A stretch of 64,000 bases of DNA from Candidatus Dormiibacterota bacterium (GCA_035280365.1 DATEGB010000006.1:218-64217), one strand, 5' to 3'; numbered from the stretch's first letter, positions 14,820-24,092 are shown. A program made the numbers and translations. The notes: generated by a model not told the origin, from the letters alone.

Positions 14820-17627
14820 TTAGCTGGCGACGAACAGTGTGTTCCAGGCGGCCTCGAGCAGCTCTGGGGTCAGCTGCGGCCGCACCCCGCGCGCCGACGA
14901 CACGTCGACCAGTCTCTCCAGGAGGTCCCGCGGGTGGACACCGCGCAGCGGCCGGCCGCCGTACATCGTCTGGATCATCTCCAGCGCCGGCGGCGCCGGC
15001 ACGATCGTCAGCCGCTCCCGCTCTCGCTCGAAGATCCGGCACCACATCTCCCACGTCGGGTCCGGCATCAAGACCTTGTAGGCCAACCGCCTCAGGTACG
15101 CCTCGTCCAGCAGCTCGGCCGGCTTGAGGTTGGTCGACAGCACGAGCTGGGCGCGGAACGGGACCTCGAACTTCCGCCCAGAAGCCGACAGGTTCAAGAA
15201 ATCCGTGTCCTGCTCAAGCGGCACGAGCAGCCTGTCCAGGATCTGCTTGGGCGACACCCGCTGGCGGCCGAGGTCGTCGATCAAGAGCACGCCGCCATTG
15301 GCCTTGACCTGCAGCGGCGCCCCGTAGGTGCGTGACCCTGCCTCCCAAGTCGGGTCGAACATCTCGAGCTGGAACTCGCCGCCGACCTGGACGAGCGGTC
15401 GCGACACCCGCCGCCACCGTTTGTCCGCCGGCTGGTTCGCCTCCAGCCGGTGCACCGCCCCATCGAACACCGTCATCACCTCGCCGCCGCCGATGTCGAG
15501 CGCGACCGGGAGGATGATCGGCCCACCAAGGAGCGACGGGATGCGTCGCGCCAGGGTCGTCTTGCCGTTGCCCGGCGCGCCGTAGATGAAGATCGACGAG
15601 CGCGAGTTGACGGCAGCGCGAACCGCCTCCATGACTCCCGGCGCGAGCTCGATCCCCGCGAGGGCAAGGCCGACCTTGACCAGGTCCAGGGTGCCCGGCT
15701 TGGCCGCCTCGGCGAGCACGGCCTTGTACTCCTGGATCGACACCGGCGCCGGACCCGTGTAACGGGTGCTCGCGTCCGCGATCTCGTCGCTGCGTGCACG
15801 GCCTTGCTTAGTGATCGAGTAAGCCATGCGCTCCGGCAGCGGCCGGCCCAGCCACGGTCCCTGCTCCTGCGCCAGGCCCAGCGCGTCGAGCAGGTTCTGG
15901 CCGGTCAGGTTTTTCAGAATCGGCTCGATGGCCGCGAACGGGAGCGCCAGCGCGTCCGCGACCTCGTAGCCGGTGACCCGGGTGGCCGAGCCGGCGATGC
16001 GCAGCACCATGCCCTCGATCAAGGTGCGGTTGATCTCCGGCGGAGGCGGGGGCTCGATCTGGCGGCTGTTGGTCGCCGGCGTCGACGAGGGGACGGGACG
16101 CGGCGAGTCGACGTGCTCGAGGATGGCGGCGAAGAGCTTCTTGCCAAAGCGCGCGCGGTCTGCGTGGTCGGGCTGCTCGCCTTCGCGCCGTCGCGTGATC
16201 CAGTCGGGGACATCTTTGAAGACGACGGTGTTTCCGATCAGAAGTTGCACGACGTCGGGCTCCTCGGCCGAGACCCGGACGGCGATGCGGATCAGGTAGC
16301 CCTGGCTCTTGAGGGCCGCCCAGCTACGCTCCCACGCCACCTCCTTCTGTCCCGACCACGTCTGGCGCACGGTGCGGTCGCGCGCGATGGTCACGTCCTT
16401 GCGGTTCTGGTAGCGGCGGCGCACGAGCTCGGTCACATCCTTGTCGACGTCCTCCGCGACCAGCGCGGCGAGGGGCAGCGCCCGGTCGTCGACCGCCGGA
16501 CGGTTCTTGATCTCGAAGATCGTGTTGGCGGTGGGGGCGAGGGCGCGGATGACCGAGGCGTGGCGAGGGCAGAACGGCGTTCGCTCGATGAACTGGATGT
16601 GCCGCCGGCACCACCAGCTGTTGCACTTGCGGCCGGTCATGTCGGTGTACGCGCAGGCCCAGCCCCGCCGCTCCTGGCAGTCGCTGTACGTGCACACGCC
16701 CGCCGGCTTGTGGCCGTCGGTGCGCGTCGGCAGCGGCCTGGGCTCCTCGACCTCCTCCTCGACCGCCATCTCCTCGGAGAGGGCCTCGGCCGGCGGGTGC
16801 GCGACCGCCGCCTTGGGCATGTAGTGGAAGGCGCCGGCGAACTCCTCGCACGTCTGGAACCGCTGCGCACGGTCCTTGGCCGTGGCCTTCCAGATGATCT
16901 CCATGATCGGCGACGGGATCGCCGTCGAGGCGCGCGGCCGGTCGAAGATCTGGGAGTGGAGGACGGCGGGCAGCGCGCCGGTGAACGGCGGCTCGCCGTG
17001 CAGGAGCTCGTACAGGATCATGCCCAGGGAGTAGATGTCGGCCGTGGCGTCGACCGCCTCGCCTTTGACCTGCTCCGGCGCCATGTAGGCGGGGGTGCCG
17101 ACCATGCTCCCGGTCGCAGTCAGGCGGTGCTTGTCGTCGATCAGCTTGGAGATGCCGAAATCGAGGATCTTGGTCTTGCCGCGGTTGGAGATCAGGATGT
17201 TGTCGGGCTTCAGGTCGCGGTGCACGATCTGATAGTCGTGCGCGACGCCCACGGCCGAGAGCAGCTGCTGGATGAGGTCCACGGAGACCTCGACCGAGAA
17301 GCGGCCGTACTCGTCCAGCCAGGAGCGCATGGAGCGGCCGTCCACCCACTCCATGACGATGAAAAGGACGGGGCCGTCCTCGTCGAAGTCGTAGACGCGG
17401 ACGATGCCCGGATGGTTGAGGGACGCGACCGTCGCCGCCTCGCGGTGAAACCGCTGCCGGAAGGCGGGGTCGCTCGAGTACTGGTCGGACAGGACCTTGA
17501 TCGCCACCGGGATCTCGAGCCGGGGGTGAGTGGACCGGTAGACCACCCCCATCGCGCCTCGCCCGAGCTCGGCTTCGATCGGGTAACGCCCTAGTTGTGT
17601 CGTGCTCACCTTGGGTTCTATGGGCAT
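14820..17627 (-). CDS. Multidomain Ser/Thr protein kinase - Cys/His cluster - winged-helix-like segment - AAA+/P-loop ATPase
   Basis: A single 935-aa ORF. Kinase motifs: LGRGAMGVVY, VAIK, HRDLKPDN, DFG, TPAYMAPE. Cys/His cluster at aa 312-355. Walker A GAPGNGKT at aa 683-690. Walker B VLLIDDLGRQ at aa 779-788. Confidence 0.9.
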   Translation of the reverse strand: MPIEPKVSTTQLGRYPIEAELGRGAMGVVYRSTHPRLEIPVAIKVLSDQYSSDPAFRQRFHREAATVASLNHPGIVRVYDFDEDGPVLFIVMEWVDGRSMRSWLDEYGRFSVEVSVDLIQQLLSAVGVAHDYQIVHRDLKPDNILISNRGKTKILDFGISKLIDDKHRLTATGSMVGTPAYMAPEQVKGEAVDATADIYSLGMILYELLHGEPPFTGALPAVLHSQIFDRPRASTAIPSPIMEIIWKATAKDRAQRFQTCEEFAGAFHYMPKAAVAHPPAEALSEEMAVEEEVEEPRPLPTRTDGHKPAGVCTYSDCQERRGWACAYTDMTGRKCNSWWCRRHIQFIERTPFCPRHASVIRALAPTANTIFEIKNRPAVDDRALPLAALVAEDVDKDVTELVRRRYQNRKDVTIARDRTVRQTWSGQKEVAWERSWAALKSQGYLIRIAVRVSAEEPDVVQLLIGNTVVFKDVPDWITRRREGEQPDHADRARFGKKLFAAILEHVDSPRPVPSSTPATNSRQIEPPPPPEINRTLIEGMVLRIAGSATRVTGYEVADALALPFAAIEPILKNLTGQNLLDALGLAQEQGPWLGRPLPERMAYSITKQGRARSDEIADASTRYTGPAPVSIQEYKAVLAEAAKPGTLDLVKVGLALAGIELAPGVMEAVRAAVNSRSSIFIYGAPGNGKTTLARRIPSLLGGPIILPVALDIGGGEVMTVFDGAVHRLEANQPADKRWRRVSRPLVQVGGEFQLEMFDPTWEAGSRTYGAPLQVKANGGVLLIDDLGRQRVSPKQILDRLLVPLEQDTDFLNLSASGRKFEVPFRAQLVLSTNLKPAELLDEAYLRRLAYKVLMPDPTWEMWCRIFERERERLTIVPAPPALEMIQTMYGGRPLRGVHPRDLLERLVDVSSARGVRPQLTPELLEAAWNTLFVAS

Positions 17628-17679
17628 GTCAGTATGCCCGACCGAACCGGGTTCTCCGTTCGCTTGGCGCCTCTCGGCT

Positions 17680-18639
17680 CTAGCTGAAGACGCTCAGCGG
17701 CAGGTAGAAGGAGACCCCCCAGTTGGGCTGGTCGACGATCTGGCTGATATGCAGGTCGCCGGCCAGGCTGCACAGGATGTAGGCGTCCTCCCGGCTCAGC
17801 CCATGGTCGGCGACGAGCCAGTCGATGGTGTAGCGGACCGCGTTGCGGGCGTCCTCCATCAGGTCGGGACCAAGGGCGCAGACGGAGTGGTAGCCGGCCG
17901 CGTCGCTGCGGGGCTGGAGGGGAGCCGCGGGCGTGAGGAAATGGAACGACCACGGGCGTGGCGAGCCACCCTTGACCACTCCAAACCGGAGTGAAAACGT
18001 CATGGGGCATTCGATCCCCGTAACGCAGACCTCGCCGTCTCCCTGCGCCGCGTGGCAGTCGCCGGCGGAGAACATGCCGCCCGGGACGAAGACCGGCAGG
18101 TAGAGCTTGGTGCCGGCGGTCAGGTGGCGGGTGTCGACGTTGCCCGCGCCCTTGGTCGGGGGCAGGACGTCGATCGGTCCCTTGTCGTCGGTGGCGACGC
18201 CCATGGTGCCGCAAAACGGCGCGATCGGGATGTGCACGTCGTGGCGCAGCTCGGCCGACGTCCTGTCACCGAGGTCGAAGTAGCGCACGTACGGCTCGGT
18301 GAAGTCGGGCGACAGAAGGCCGAGGCCGGGCAGAATCGCGCTCCAGCCCCAGGAGCCGGGCTTCAGCTCCAGGATCTCGACCTCGAGCGCATCCCCGGGC
18401 TCGGCGCCGCGGACGAAGACCGGGCCACCGAGCGGGTAGAGGCGGTTGAAGTCCAGGTTGCCCAGCTGCGAAGCCGGGTCGCCCTTCTTCAGCTGTCCCG
18501 CCGTCACCTCCTCCGTGTCGAAATGGACGACATCGCCGGGCTCGACCTCGACCGCCGGCGGCAGCGAGTTGTCCCACTTGAAGTGGAACTTGTCCCGCCC
18601 GATCCTGTGCTCACGAACCCCCGCCGCCCTCACACTCAT
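17680..18639 (-). CDS. Acetamidase/formamidase family amidohydrolase
   Basis: Matches the FmdA/AmdA-like pattern (PLGGPVFVRGAEPGD, GAGNVDTRHL, FSAGDCHAAQGDGEV). ATG 18639 overlaps the upstream stop (ATGA). Confidence 0.9.
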   Translation of the reverse strand: MSVRAAGVREHRIGRDKFHFKWDNSLPPAVEVEPGDVVHFDTEEVTAGQLKKGDPASQLGNLDFNRLYPLGGPVFVRGAEPGDALEVEILELKPGSWGWSAILPGLGLLSPDFTEPYVRYFDLGDRTSAELRHDVHIPIAPFCGTMGVATDDKGPIDVLPPTKGAGNVDTRHLTAGTKLYLPVFVPGGMFSAGDCHAAQGDGEVCVTGIECPMTFSLRFGVVKGGSPRPWSFHFLTPAAPLQPRSDAAGYHSVCALGPDLMEDARNAVRYTIDWLVADHGLSREDAYILCSLAGDLHISQIVDQPNWGVSFYLPLSVFS

Positions 18640-20276
18640 TTCCGAGCCTCCTCCTTCACCCCTTCCTTGATCGGCGCCGCGTTGGCGCGCAGCAGCTTCT
18701 TGTCGAACTTGCCGACCGAGGTCTTCGGCACCTCGTCGATGAAACGGATCTCGTCCGGCAGACACCACTTGGCGACCTTCTCCTTGAGGAAGCCCTTGAT
18801 CTCCTCCTCGGTCACCTGGCCCTTGAACTCAGGTTTCGGCACCGCGAAGACGACGGGCCTTTCGTCCCAGCGCGGGTGAGGGAGGCCGATGACGGCAGCT
18901 TCGAGGATCTTCGGGTGGGCCATGACCGCGTTCTCGAGCTCGACCGACGAGATCCACTCGCCGCCGGACTTGATCACGTCCTTGGTCCGGTCGACGATCT
19001 GGATGTAGCCGTCGGGGCTGATCTTGGCCACGTCACCGGTGCGGAACCAGCCGTCCTCGGTGAGCTTGTCCGGGTCGTAGCCGTTGTGGTAGCCGCGGGC
19101 GATCCACGGTCCGCGCACCTGGATCTCGCCGAACGCGACGCCATCCCAGGGCAGCTCCTCGCCGGTGTCGGGGGCGGTGATGCGGAGCTCGACGCCGGGG
19201 GCGACGCGGCCCTGCGTCAGCCGCAGGCTCAGCTCTTCCTCGGGCGAGTGCCCGCCGTAGACGCGGGCGACGCTGCCGAGCGGCGACGTCTCGGTCATGC
19301 CCCAGGCGTGGAGGATGCGCAGGCCGACCGAGTCCATCGTCTCCATCAGCGACCGGGGCACGGCGGAGCCGCCGCAGACGACGGTGGTGACCTTGGGCAG
19401 GCGCTTGCCCGTCTCCTTCAGGTAGGCCGCGAGCCCGATCCAGACGGTCGGCACGCCGGCCAGGAAGGTGACGTCCTCCTGCTCCGCGAGCTCGACGATC
19501 GACTTCGGGTCGGCGGAGAACCGCCCGGCGAGGACGACCTTGGCGCCGGCCATCCCGATGGCGTAGGGCAAGCCCCAACTGTTGGCATGGAACATCGGCA
19601 CGACCGGCAGGATCGAGTCGTTCTCGGTGACACCGAGGTTGTCGCCCTGGAGCACGCCCATGGTGTGGATGAACTGGGAGCGGTGGGAGTAGACGACCCC
19701 CTTCGGGTTGCCGGTGGTCCCCGACGTGTAGCACATGGCGCAGGCCATCCTCTCGGACAGCTTCGGCCATGGATAGTTTTCGCTCTCCGCCGCCAGCAGG
19801 CTCTCGTAATCCTGCATCTCCGGCAGGCCTTCGGCCGCCGGCGCGGGCCCCTCGGCCATGAGCACGATGGTCTTGATCGTCGGGATCTTGCCCACGAGAG
19901 GCTTCAGCAGCGGAAGCAGGGACTGATCGACAAATAAAACCTTGTCTTCCGCGTCATTGATGATGAATTCCAGGTGTTGCGGGAAAAGGCGGAGGTTCAG
20001 GGTGTGCAGGACGGCGCCCATGCAGGGCACGGCGTAATACAGCTCGAGGTGGCGGTCGCTGTTCCAGGCGAGCGTCGCCACGCGGTCACCGGGCTTGACG
20101 CCCATCTTCTTGAGCGCGCCGGCGAGGCGGTTGATGCGGGGCACCATCTCGCCGTACGTCGTGCGGTGGACGGCATCATCGCGCTTCGTCACGACCTCTT
20201 TCTTCTGGTGCAGTCGCTCAACCCGCCACATCACGTGCTGCAGACTGAGCTCGTAGTCCTGCATCAAGCCTTCCAC
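18636..20276 (-). CDS. Long-chain fatty-acid--CoA ligase (AMP-forming)
   Basis: Contains the AMP-binding motifs [11 protein letters not shown] and GWFRTGD and resembles the Thermus-type LC-FACS N-terminus. GTG 20276 is preceded by GGAGG. ATG 20264 is an alternative start. Confidence 0.9.
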   Translation of the reverse strand: MEGLMQDYELSLQHVMWRVERLHQKKEVVTKRDDAVHRTTYGEMVPRINRLAGALKKMGVKPGDRVATLAWNSDRHLELYYAVPCMGAVLHTLNLRLFPQHLEFIINDAEDKVLFVDQSLLPLLKPLVGKIPTIKTIVLMAEGPAPAAEGLPEMQDYESLLAAESENYPWPKLSERMACAMCYTSGTTGNPKGVVYSHRSQFIHTMGVLQGDNLGVTENDSILPVVPMFHANSWGLPYAIGMAGAKVVLAGRFSADPKSIVELAEQEDVTFLAGVPTVWIGLAAYLKETGKRLPKVTTVVCGGSAVPRSLMETMDSVGLRILHAWGMTETSPLGSVARVYGGHSPEEELSLRLTQGRVAPGVELRITAPDTGEELPWDGVAFGEIQVRGPWIARGYHNGYDPDKLTEDGWFRTGDVAKISPDGYIQIVDRTKDVIKSGGEWISSVELENAVMAHPKILEAAVIGLPHPRWDERPVVFAVPKPEFKGQVTEEEIKGFLKEKVAKWCLPDEIRFIDEVPKTSVGKFDKKLLRANAAPIKEGVKEEARK

Positions 20277-20356
20277 GGCCGCCACCTCCACCTTTTCTTC
20301 CCCAGAGGCAGGTACTGAGGTCGATGGTAAGCCCGGCGGGGGTAGGATGCACACCC

Positions 20357-21049
20357 GTGGTTTTCAGCGGTCGGGCCGACCTCCACATGCACACGACGGC
20401 CAGCGACGGCTGGCCGCAGCCTCATCAGGTGGTCGACCACGCCGCGTCACTCGGCCTTGACGTCATCGCGGTCACGGACCACGACACGATCGACGGCGCT
20501 CTGCGCGCCGCGGACCACGCCATCCGCCGCAGAGGCCTCGAGGTCGTCGTCGGCGAAGAGGTATCAAGCCGCGACGGACACATCGTCGGCCTCTTCCTCG
20601 AGCGGCGCATCCGGCCGGGCATGTCGGCCGCGGCCACGGTGCACGCGATCCACGACCAGGGCGGGCTGGCCGTGGCGGTGCACCCGTTCTGGCGCACGCA
20701 GCGCCGGGTTCGGGGCGGACCGGTGCACGGCGTCGGCTGGCTCGCCGCGGAGCTCGAGTTCGACGCGATCGAGGTCGAGAACGCGACGCCGGGCTTCTAT
20801 GTCTTGAATCAGCTCGCGCGGCGGATGAACATGGGCGTGGGGGCGTCCGAGCTTGGCGGGTCGGACGCGCACATCCTGGACGCGGTCGGCCGCGCGTACA
20901 CCGAGTTCCCAGGGCGCACGTCGAGGGCGCTGCAAACGGCGATCCTGAACGGGCGGACGGTGGCGGGGCGGCGGCGATACCGAGCGATGGGTTTGATGCG
21001 CTACGCGGCCTGGGGATTGAACCACGAGAGGTACGTGGCGGTAGTCTGA
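20357..21049 (+). CDS. PHP-domain metal-dependent phosphoesterase (TrpH/YciV-like)
   Basis: Contains DLHMHTTASDG and AVTDHDT motifs. GTG 20357 is preferred because TAGGAT lies 8 nt upstream, suggesting a leaderless start. The track start ATG 20324 is the alternative. Confidence 0.8.
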   Translation: MVFSGRADLHMHTTASDGWPQPHQVVDHAASLGLDVIAVTDHDTIDGALRAADHAIRRRGLEVVVGEEVSSRDGHIVGLFLERRIRPGMSAAATVHAIHDQGGLAVAVHPFWRTQRRVRGGPVHGVGWLAAELEFDAIEVENATPGFYVLNQLARRMNMGVGASELGGSDAHILDAVGRAYTEFPGRTSRALQTAILNGRTVAGRRRYRAMGLMRYAAWGLNHERYVAVV

Positions 21050-21064
21050 TCCGGCTTGGTCAGG

Positions 21065-21140
21065 GCCCGCCTAGCTCAATGGATAGAGCGCCTGACTTCG
21101 GATCAGGAGGTTGCGAGTTCGAGTCTTGCGGCGGGTACCA
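21065..21140 (+). tRNA. tRNA-Arg (anticodon TCG)
   Basis: A 76-nt cloverleaf: acceptor GCCCGCC/GGCGGGT, D-arm GCTC-AATGGATA-GAGC, anticodon loop CTTCGGA, T-loop TTCGAGT, and encoded CCA. Confidence 0.93.
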
Positions 21141-21170
21141 GGCCTCTGGCTCAGGCCGAGGCCTCTTTCT
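21141..21170 (+). terminator. Probable intrinsic terminator after tRNA-Arg
   Basis: GGCCTC...GAGGCC stem with extra inner pairs, followed by TCTTTCT. Confidence 0.6.
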
Positions 21171-21249
21171 CGCCGCGGCGCCGAGCCTCCTGCGCCCGGA
21201 TCATCTGCCGCCGACCTTGGCGTTTCTCGTCGTGCGTTTGAGGTAGAGC

Positions 21250-22443
21250 TCAGGGGGTCGAGCCGGCCGCGACCGCGGCGCCCGCCGGCACCTGGACCTT
21301 CTGGCCCTCCTCGGCGTCCTCCTCGACGATCTCTTCGATCATCTGGTCGAGGCGTTCGGCCTCGCGATGGATGTCGGCGGCGAGGCGCCGCATCTCGTCG
21401 GCGCTGAACCGTTCGCCGTCGCGAATCGACTTGCTGAAACGACGGATCGCGCCCAGCGCCGTCTTGAACTCCTTCTTGAGCGTCGTGTGTGACGTCTCGA
21501 TGTCCGTCAACATCTCGAGGAACTCGCGGCGCTCGAGGATCATGTTCACGGTCAGGAGTATCGCCAGGACCACCGTCATGGCCGGCTGGAAAAGGCCGGC
21601 CTCCTGTCCTGAGAACGCCGTATAGAAGTCGCCGCCTGCCGCGGTGAGCAGCGTCATCCACGGCAGCGCGAGCTGCCACAGGTCCAGCGATGACTGCTGG
21701 GTCACCGCCCTGGCGGGAGCCTCGGGGTAGACCGCCCCCAGCGCGATGAGCAAGAAGCCTGTGAACCATCCCGTGTTGAGGACGCTGCCCACCGCCCCGT
21801 ACGCGTTCTGGGCGGTGAGGTAGGCGAATGCGCTGTCGGCGATGGAGTACGCCGCCACGCCGGCCAGCAGGAACGCCATCCGACCTTTCTGCTGTCCGGC
21901 CGCGCGACGGATGGCGAGGATCAGGACGGTGCCGATCAGGATGTCCCCGACCGGATACGTGAGCGCGTAAGTCTTCGAGCCGATGTCGCCGTCGGCGCCC
22001 CACACGATGCGCAGGCCGAAGCCCCAGGCCGTGGAGGTCAACGCGATCGCCACGATGAGGCCGTCGAACCAGACGCGCCAGCGAGCCGAGGTGCCCCGGG
22101 CGCCGCCCCAGAAGGCACGGATGCCGGCCACGGCGAACGGAACGGAAGAGAGGAATCCGACGTCGACCAGCCCTGGTTGAGGCACCTGCTGTCCGAGGAC
22201 GACCTCGTAGACGCTCCAGACCACCTGCCCCGCCGACCAGAGCCCGGTCGAAACGCTCATGAGCGCCCAGCCGAGCCGGTTCCTGCCCTCCGCATGCCAG
22301 GCGGCCCACGCGCACGCGACGCACGCGATCGCCGCCGCCAACGCCTCGCCGACGTCGTCGATGGCGATCACCGTCTTCTGACCTAGCGGCTCGTACTTGA
22401 GGATCAGCGCGTACAGGACGGAGGCAATCGCCACCGTCGCCAC
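21250..22443 (-). CDS. Polytopic membrane sensor-like protein ending in a HisKA/DHp-like helical segment, no ATPase domain
   Basis: About 8-9 TM helices with Trp-rich loops. The C-terminal aa 303-372 (ETSHTTLKKEF...LAADIHREAERLDQMIEEI) resemble a histidine-kinase dimerisation domain. The ORF ends without HATPase_c motifs. Confidence 0.65.
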   Translation of the reverse strand: MATVAIASVLYALILKYEPLGQKTVIAIDDVGEALAAAIACVACAWAAWHAEGRNRLGWALMSVSTGLWSAGQVVWSVYEVVLGQQVPQPGLVDVGFLSSVPFAVAGIRAFWGGARGTSARWRVWFDGLIVAIALTSTAWGFGLRIVWGADGDIGSKTYALTYPVGDILIGTVLILAIRRAAGQQKGRMAFLLAGVAAYSIADSAFAYLTAQNAYGAVGSVLNTGWFTGFLLIALGAVYPEAPARAVTQQSSLDLWQLALPWMTLLTAAGGDFYTAFSGQEAGLFQPAMTVVLAILLTVNMILERREFLEMLTDIETSHTTLKKEFKTALGAIRRFSKSIRDGERFSADEMRRLAADIHREAERLDQMIEEIVEEDAEEGQKVQVPAGAAVAAGSTP

Positions 22444-22624
22444 GCCGGCGACGAAGATCCTGTGCCTTCTATCCCATGTCGCCCATGTGCTCGTGCGAAC
22501 GAGCGAAGTTAAGCAGCGTGAAGAGCAGATTCATCCGCCTTATCGATTACTTTCAGGTTGTCGCGCCGCGACACGTTGTCCTGCTGTGGTCCTAACCCTG
22601 GCGACCGACCCGAGAGCCTCCGGG

Positions 22625-22630
22625 TAGAAT
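22625..22630 (+). promoter_or_regulatory. Candidate -10 (TAGAAT) for tRNA-Leu(GAG)
   Basis: GGGTAGAAT lies 19 nt upstream of the tRNA 5' end. It is a rare A/T hexamer in GC-rich DNA. Confidence 0.4.
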
Positions 22631-22649
22631 CAACCGGCGCAAGCTAGCT

Positions 22650-22734
22650 GGGCGGCTGGCGGAACTGGTAGACGCGCACGTTTGAGGGGCGTGTGGGGCA
22701 ACCCATCCGGGTTCGAGTCCCGGGTCGCCCACCA
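22650..22734 (+). tRNA. tRNA-Leu (anticodon GAG)
   Basis: An 85-nt class II tRNA: acceptor GGGCGGC/GTCGCCC, anticodon loop TTGAGGG, long variable arm, T-arm CCGGG-TTCGAGT-CCCGG, and encoded CCA. Confidence 0.93.
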
Positions 22735-22746
22735 TTGTGGGTTTGG

Positions 22747-23220
22747 CTACAGCGCTTTCTTCATCACCCATGTCGGGTGCTCGACAGGCCGGATGGCGCC
22801 GTCGGGCATCGGTTCGTTCCAGACCTCGATTCCCTCGCCCACGGTCGCGTAGCCGAGGCGCTCGTAGAGGCGAATGGCGGCGTTGTTCGCCTTCTCAACC
22901 GCGAGCATCGAATGCTCGACCCCGCGCTCGCGCAAGATGCGCTCGCCCGCGGCCATGAGCAGTGTGCCGAGTCCCTGGTCGCGGAAGCCCGCGAGCACGA
23001 GCAGGTGCGACAGGACGCCGTGGAGGTCGACGAGGAGGTGGCCGATCGGGAATCGCCCGTTGGCGAATGCGATCAGGAGGATGTGCTCATCTCGCTCCAG
23101 CGCCGGCCGGAACGTGTCTTCGGCGGGGCCGCTCCACGTGGCGAGCGCCGCCAGGTCACCTTTGGTCGCCGCGCGGATCTGGGCGTCGACGATCAGGCGT
23201 GCAACCATCGGATCGCTCAC
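22747..23220 (-). CDS. GNAT-family N-acetyltransferase
   Basis: The acetyl-CoA binding block [11 protein letters not shown] and C-terminal RLYERLGY are typical of GNAT. ATG 23208 is an alternative start. Confidence 0.85.
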   Translation of the reverse strand: MSDPMVARLIVDAQIRAATKGDLAALATWSGPAEDTFRPALERDEHILLIAFANGRFPIGHLLVDLHGVLSHLLVLAGFRDQGLGTLLMAAGERILRERGVEHSMLAVEKANNAAIRLYERLGYATVGEGIEVWNEPMPDGAIRPVEHPTWVMKKAL

Positions 23221-23249
23221 TTAACAACTCGTTTGGCGGGGCGCATAAT
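23221..23249 (+). promoter_or_regulatory. Sigma-70-type promoter TTAACA-17-CATAAT
   Basis: The hexamers have exact 17-nt spacing, about 37 nt upstream of ATG 23286, which itself has a GAGG Shine-Dalgarno. Confidence 0.55.
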
Positions 23250-23285
23250 CTCGCCACCCCGTCGGCTTAGCGCGAGGTGAAGGCA

Positions 23286-24035
23286 ATGCACTGGTTTCGG
23301 CGTGTCACGGTTTCCCTGGGCGTCGCGGTCAGCATGCTGGCGACCCTCACGCTCGCGTCGGTCGGCGCGGCGGGCGGCTTCGGCGGTGGGCCCGGGAAGT
23401 TCACATTCAATGACGTGAGCGCCAACGCGAGCTTCTTCAATCCCGGCGACCAGTCGAGCACCAACATCTCGGTCGACAGGCAGCTTTTTTTCTTCCGGCC
23501 CAGAGCCGGTGGGCCGCTGCAGGGCCCGCAGCTGATGACCGTGCTTTCGCTCAACCATTTCATTCCGAATCCCGACCCGACGCAGCCGCCGATCACAGAT
23601 CAATTTCTCTTCGCCGTCATTCCCGATTCTGATTTCGTGGTCAGCGCCGATCTCCAGACCGCCACGCTCAACGCCACAGTCGACGTGGGCACGTGCGGTG
23701 AGGTCATCCCGTTGAACGGCGCGCTCCCGGCCAAGGGCGACGGCGGCTGCGGCACCGGCTTCTCCGGTCCGGTCACCGTGAACGCGACCTGGACCGGCAC
23801 CGGGGTCGTCGGCACCGAGGAAGACAACGGCCTGCAGAGATGCGGAGGCTTCGTCGCCACGACCCACAACCGCATCAACTCCGCCTTCTCGGCGAACGTG
23901 ACGGCCACGATCACCCAGGTCGGCGCGTTCAGCGGCGGCCCGCCGTTTGTGTTCGGATCCGTCTCCAACAGCCAGTTCGTAGACATCGTGGCCGGAACGG
24001 GCATCATCTCCCCGGCATGCGGAGGCAAGGGCTAG
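23286..24035 (+). CDS. Secreted hypothetical protein (signal peptide, Gly/Thr/Asn-rich, 4 Cys)
   Basis: Signal peptide MHWFRRVTVSLGVAVSMLATLTLASVGA, with no family recognised. It is the first gene upstream of the ECF sigma gene. The track start GTG 23277 is the alternative. Confidence 0.7.
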   Translation: MHWFRRVTVSLGVAVSMLATLTLASVGAAGGFGGGPGKFTFNDVSANASFFNPGDQSSTNISVDRQLFFFRPRAGGPLQGPQLMTVLSLNHFIPNPDPTQPPITDQFLFAVIPDSDFVVSADLQTATLNATVDVGTCGEVIPLNGALPAKGDGGCGTGFSGPVTVNATWTGTGVVGTEEDNGLQRCGGFVATTHNRINSAFSANVTATITQVGAFSGGPPFVFGSVSNSQFVDIVAGTGIISPACGGKG

Positions 24036-24046
24036 CCGAAAACGAT

Positions 24047-24072
24047 TTGGCGCGGTCTTTTGGCCGCGCCAA
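24047..24072 (+). promoter_or_regulatory. Intercistronic hairpin (possible attenuator or processing site)
   Basis: Perfect 9-bp stem TTGGCGCGG / CCGCGCCAA with an 8-nt loop, located between the secreted-protein stop and the sigma-factor start. There is no U-tract. Confidence 0.4.
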
Positions 24073-24092
24073 ACCCTCACACTGTTAGACCC

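Noticed and set aside
15450-17594. A 714-aa plus-strand ORF antisense to the kinase-AAA+ gene. Similar cases are 10016..11872 (-), 28879..30678 (-) and 36729..38261 (-).
   Set aside because: These are low-complexity Arg/Asp/Gly/Leu-rich translations opposite genes with clear catalytic motifs. Nothing supports them as independent genes.
24060-24092. TTG 24060 as the start of the ECF sigma factor.
   Set aside because: The TTG lies inside the loop of the perfect 9-bp hairpin (24047-24072) and has no Shine-Dalgarno. GTG 24093 leaves a normal-length sigma N-terminus.
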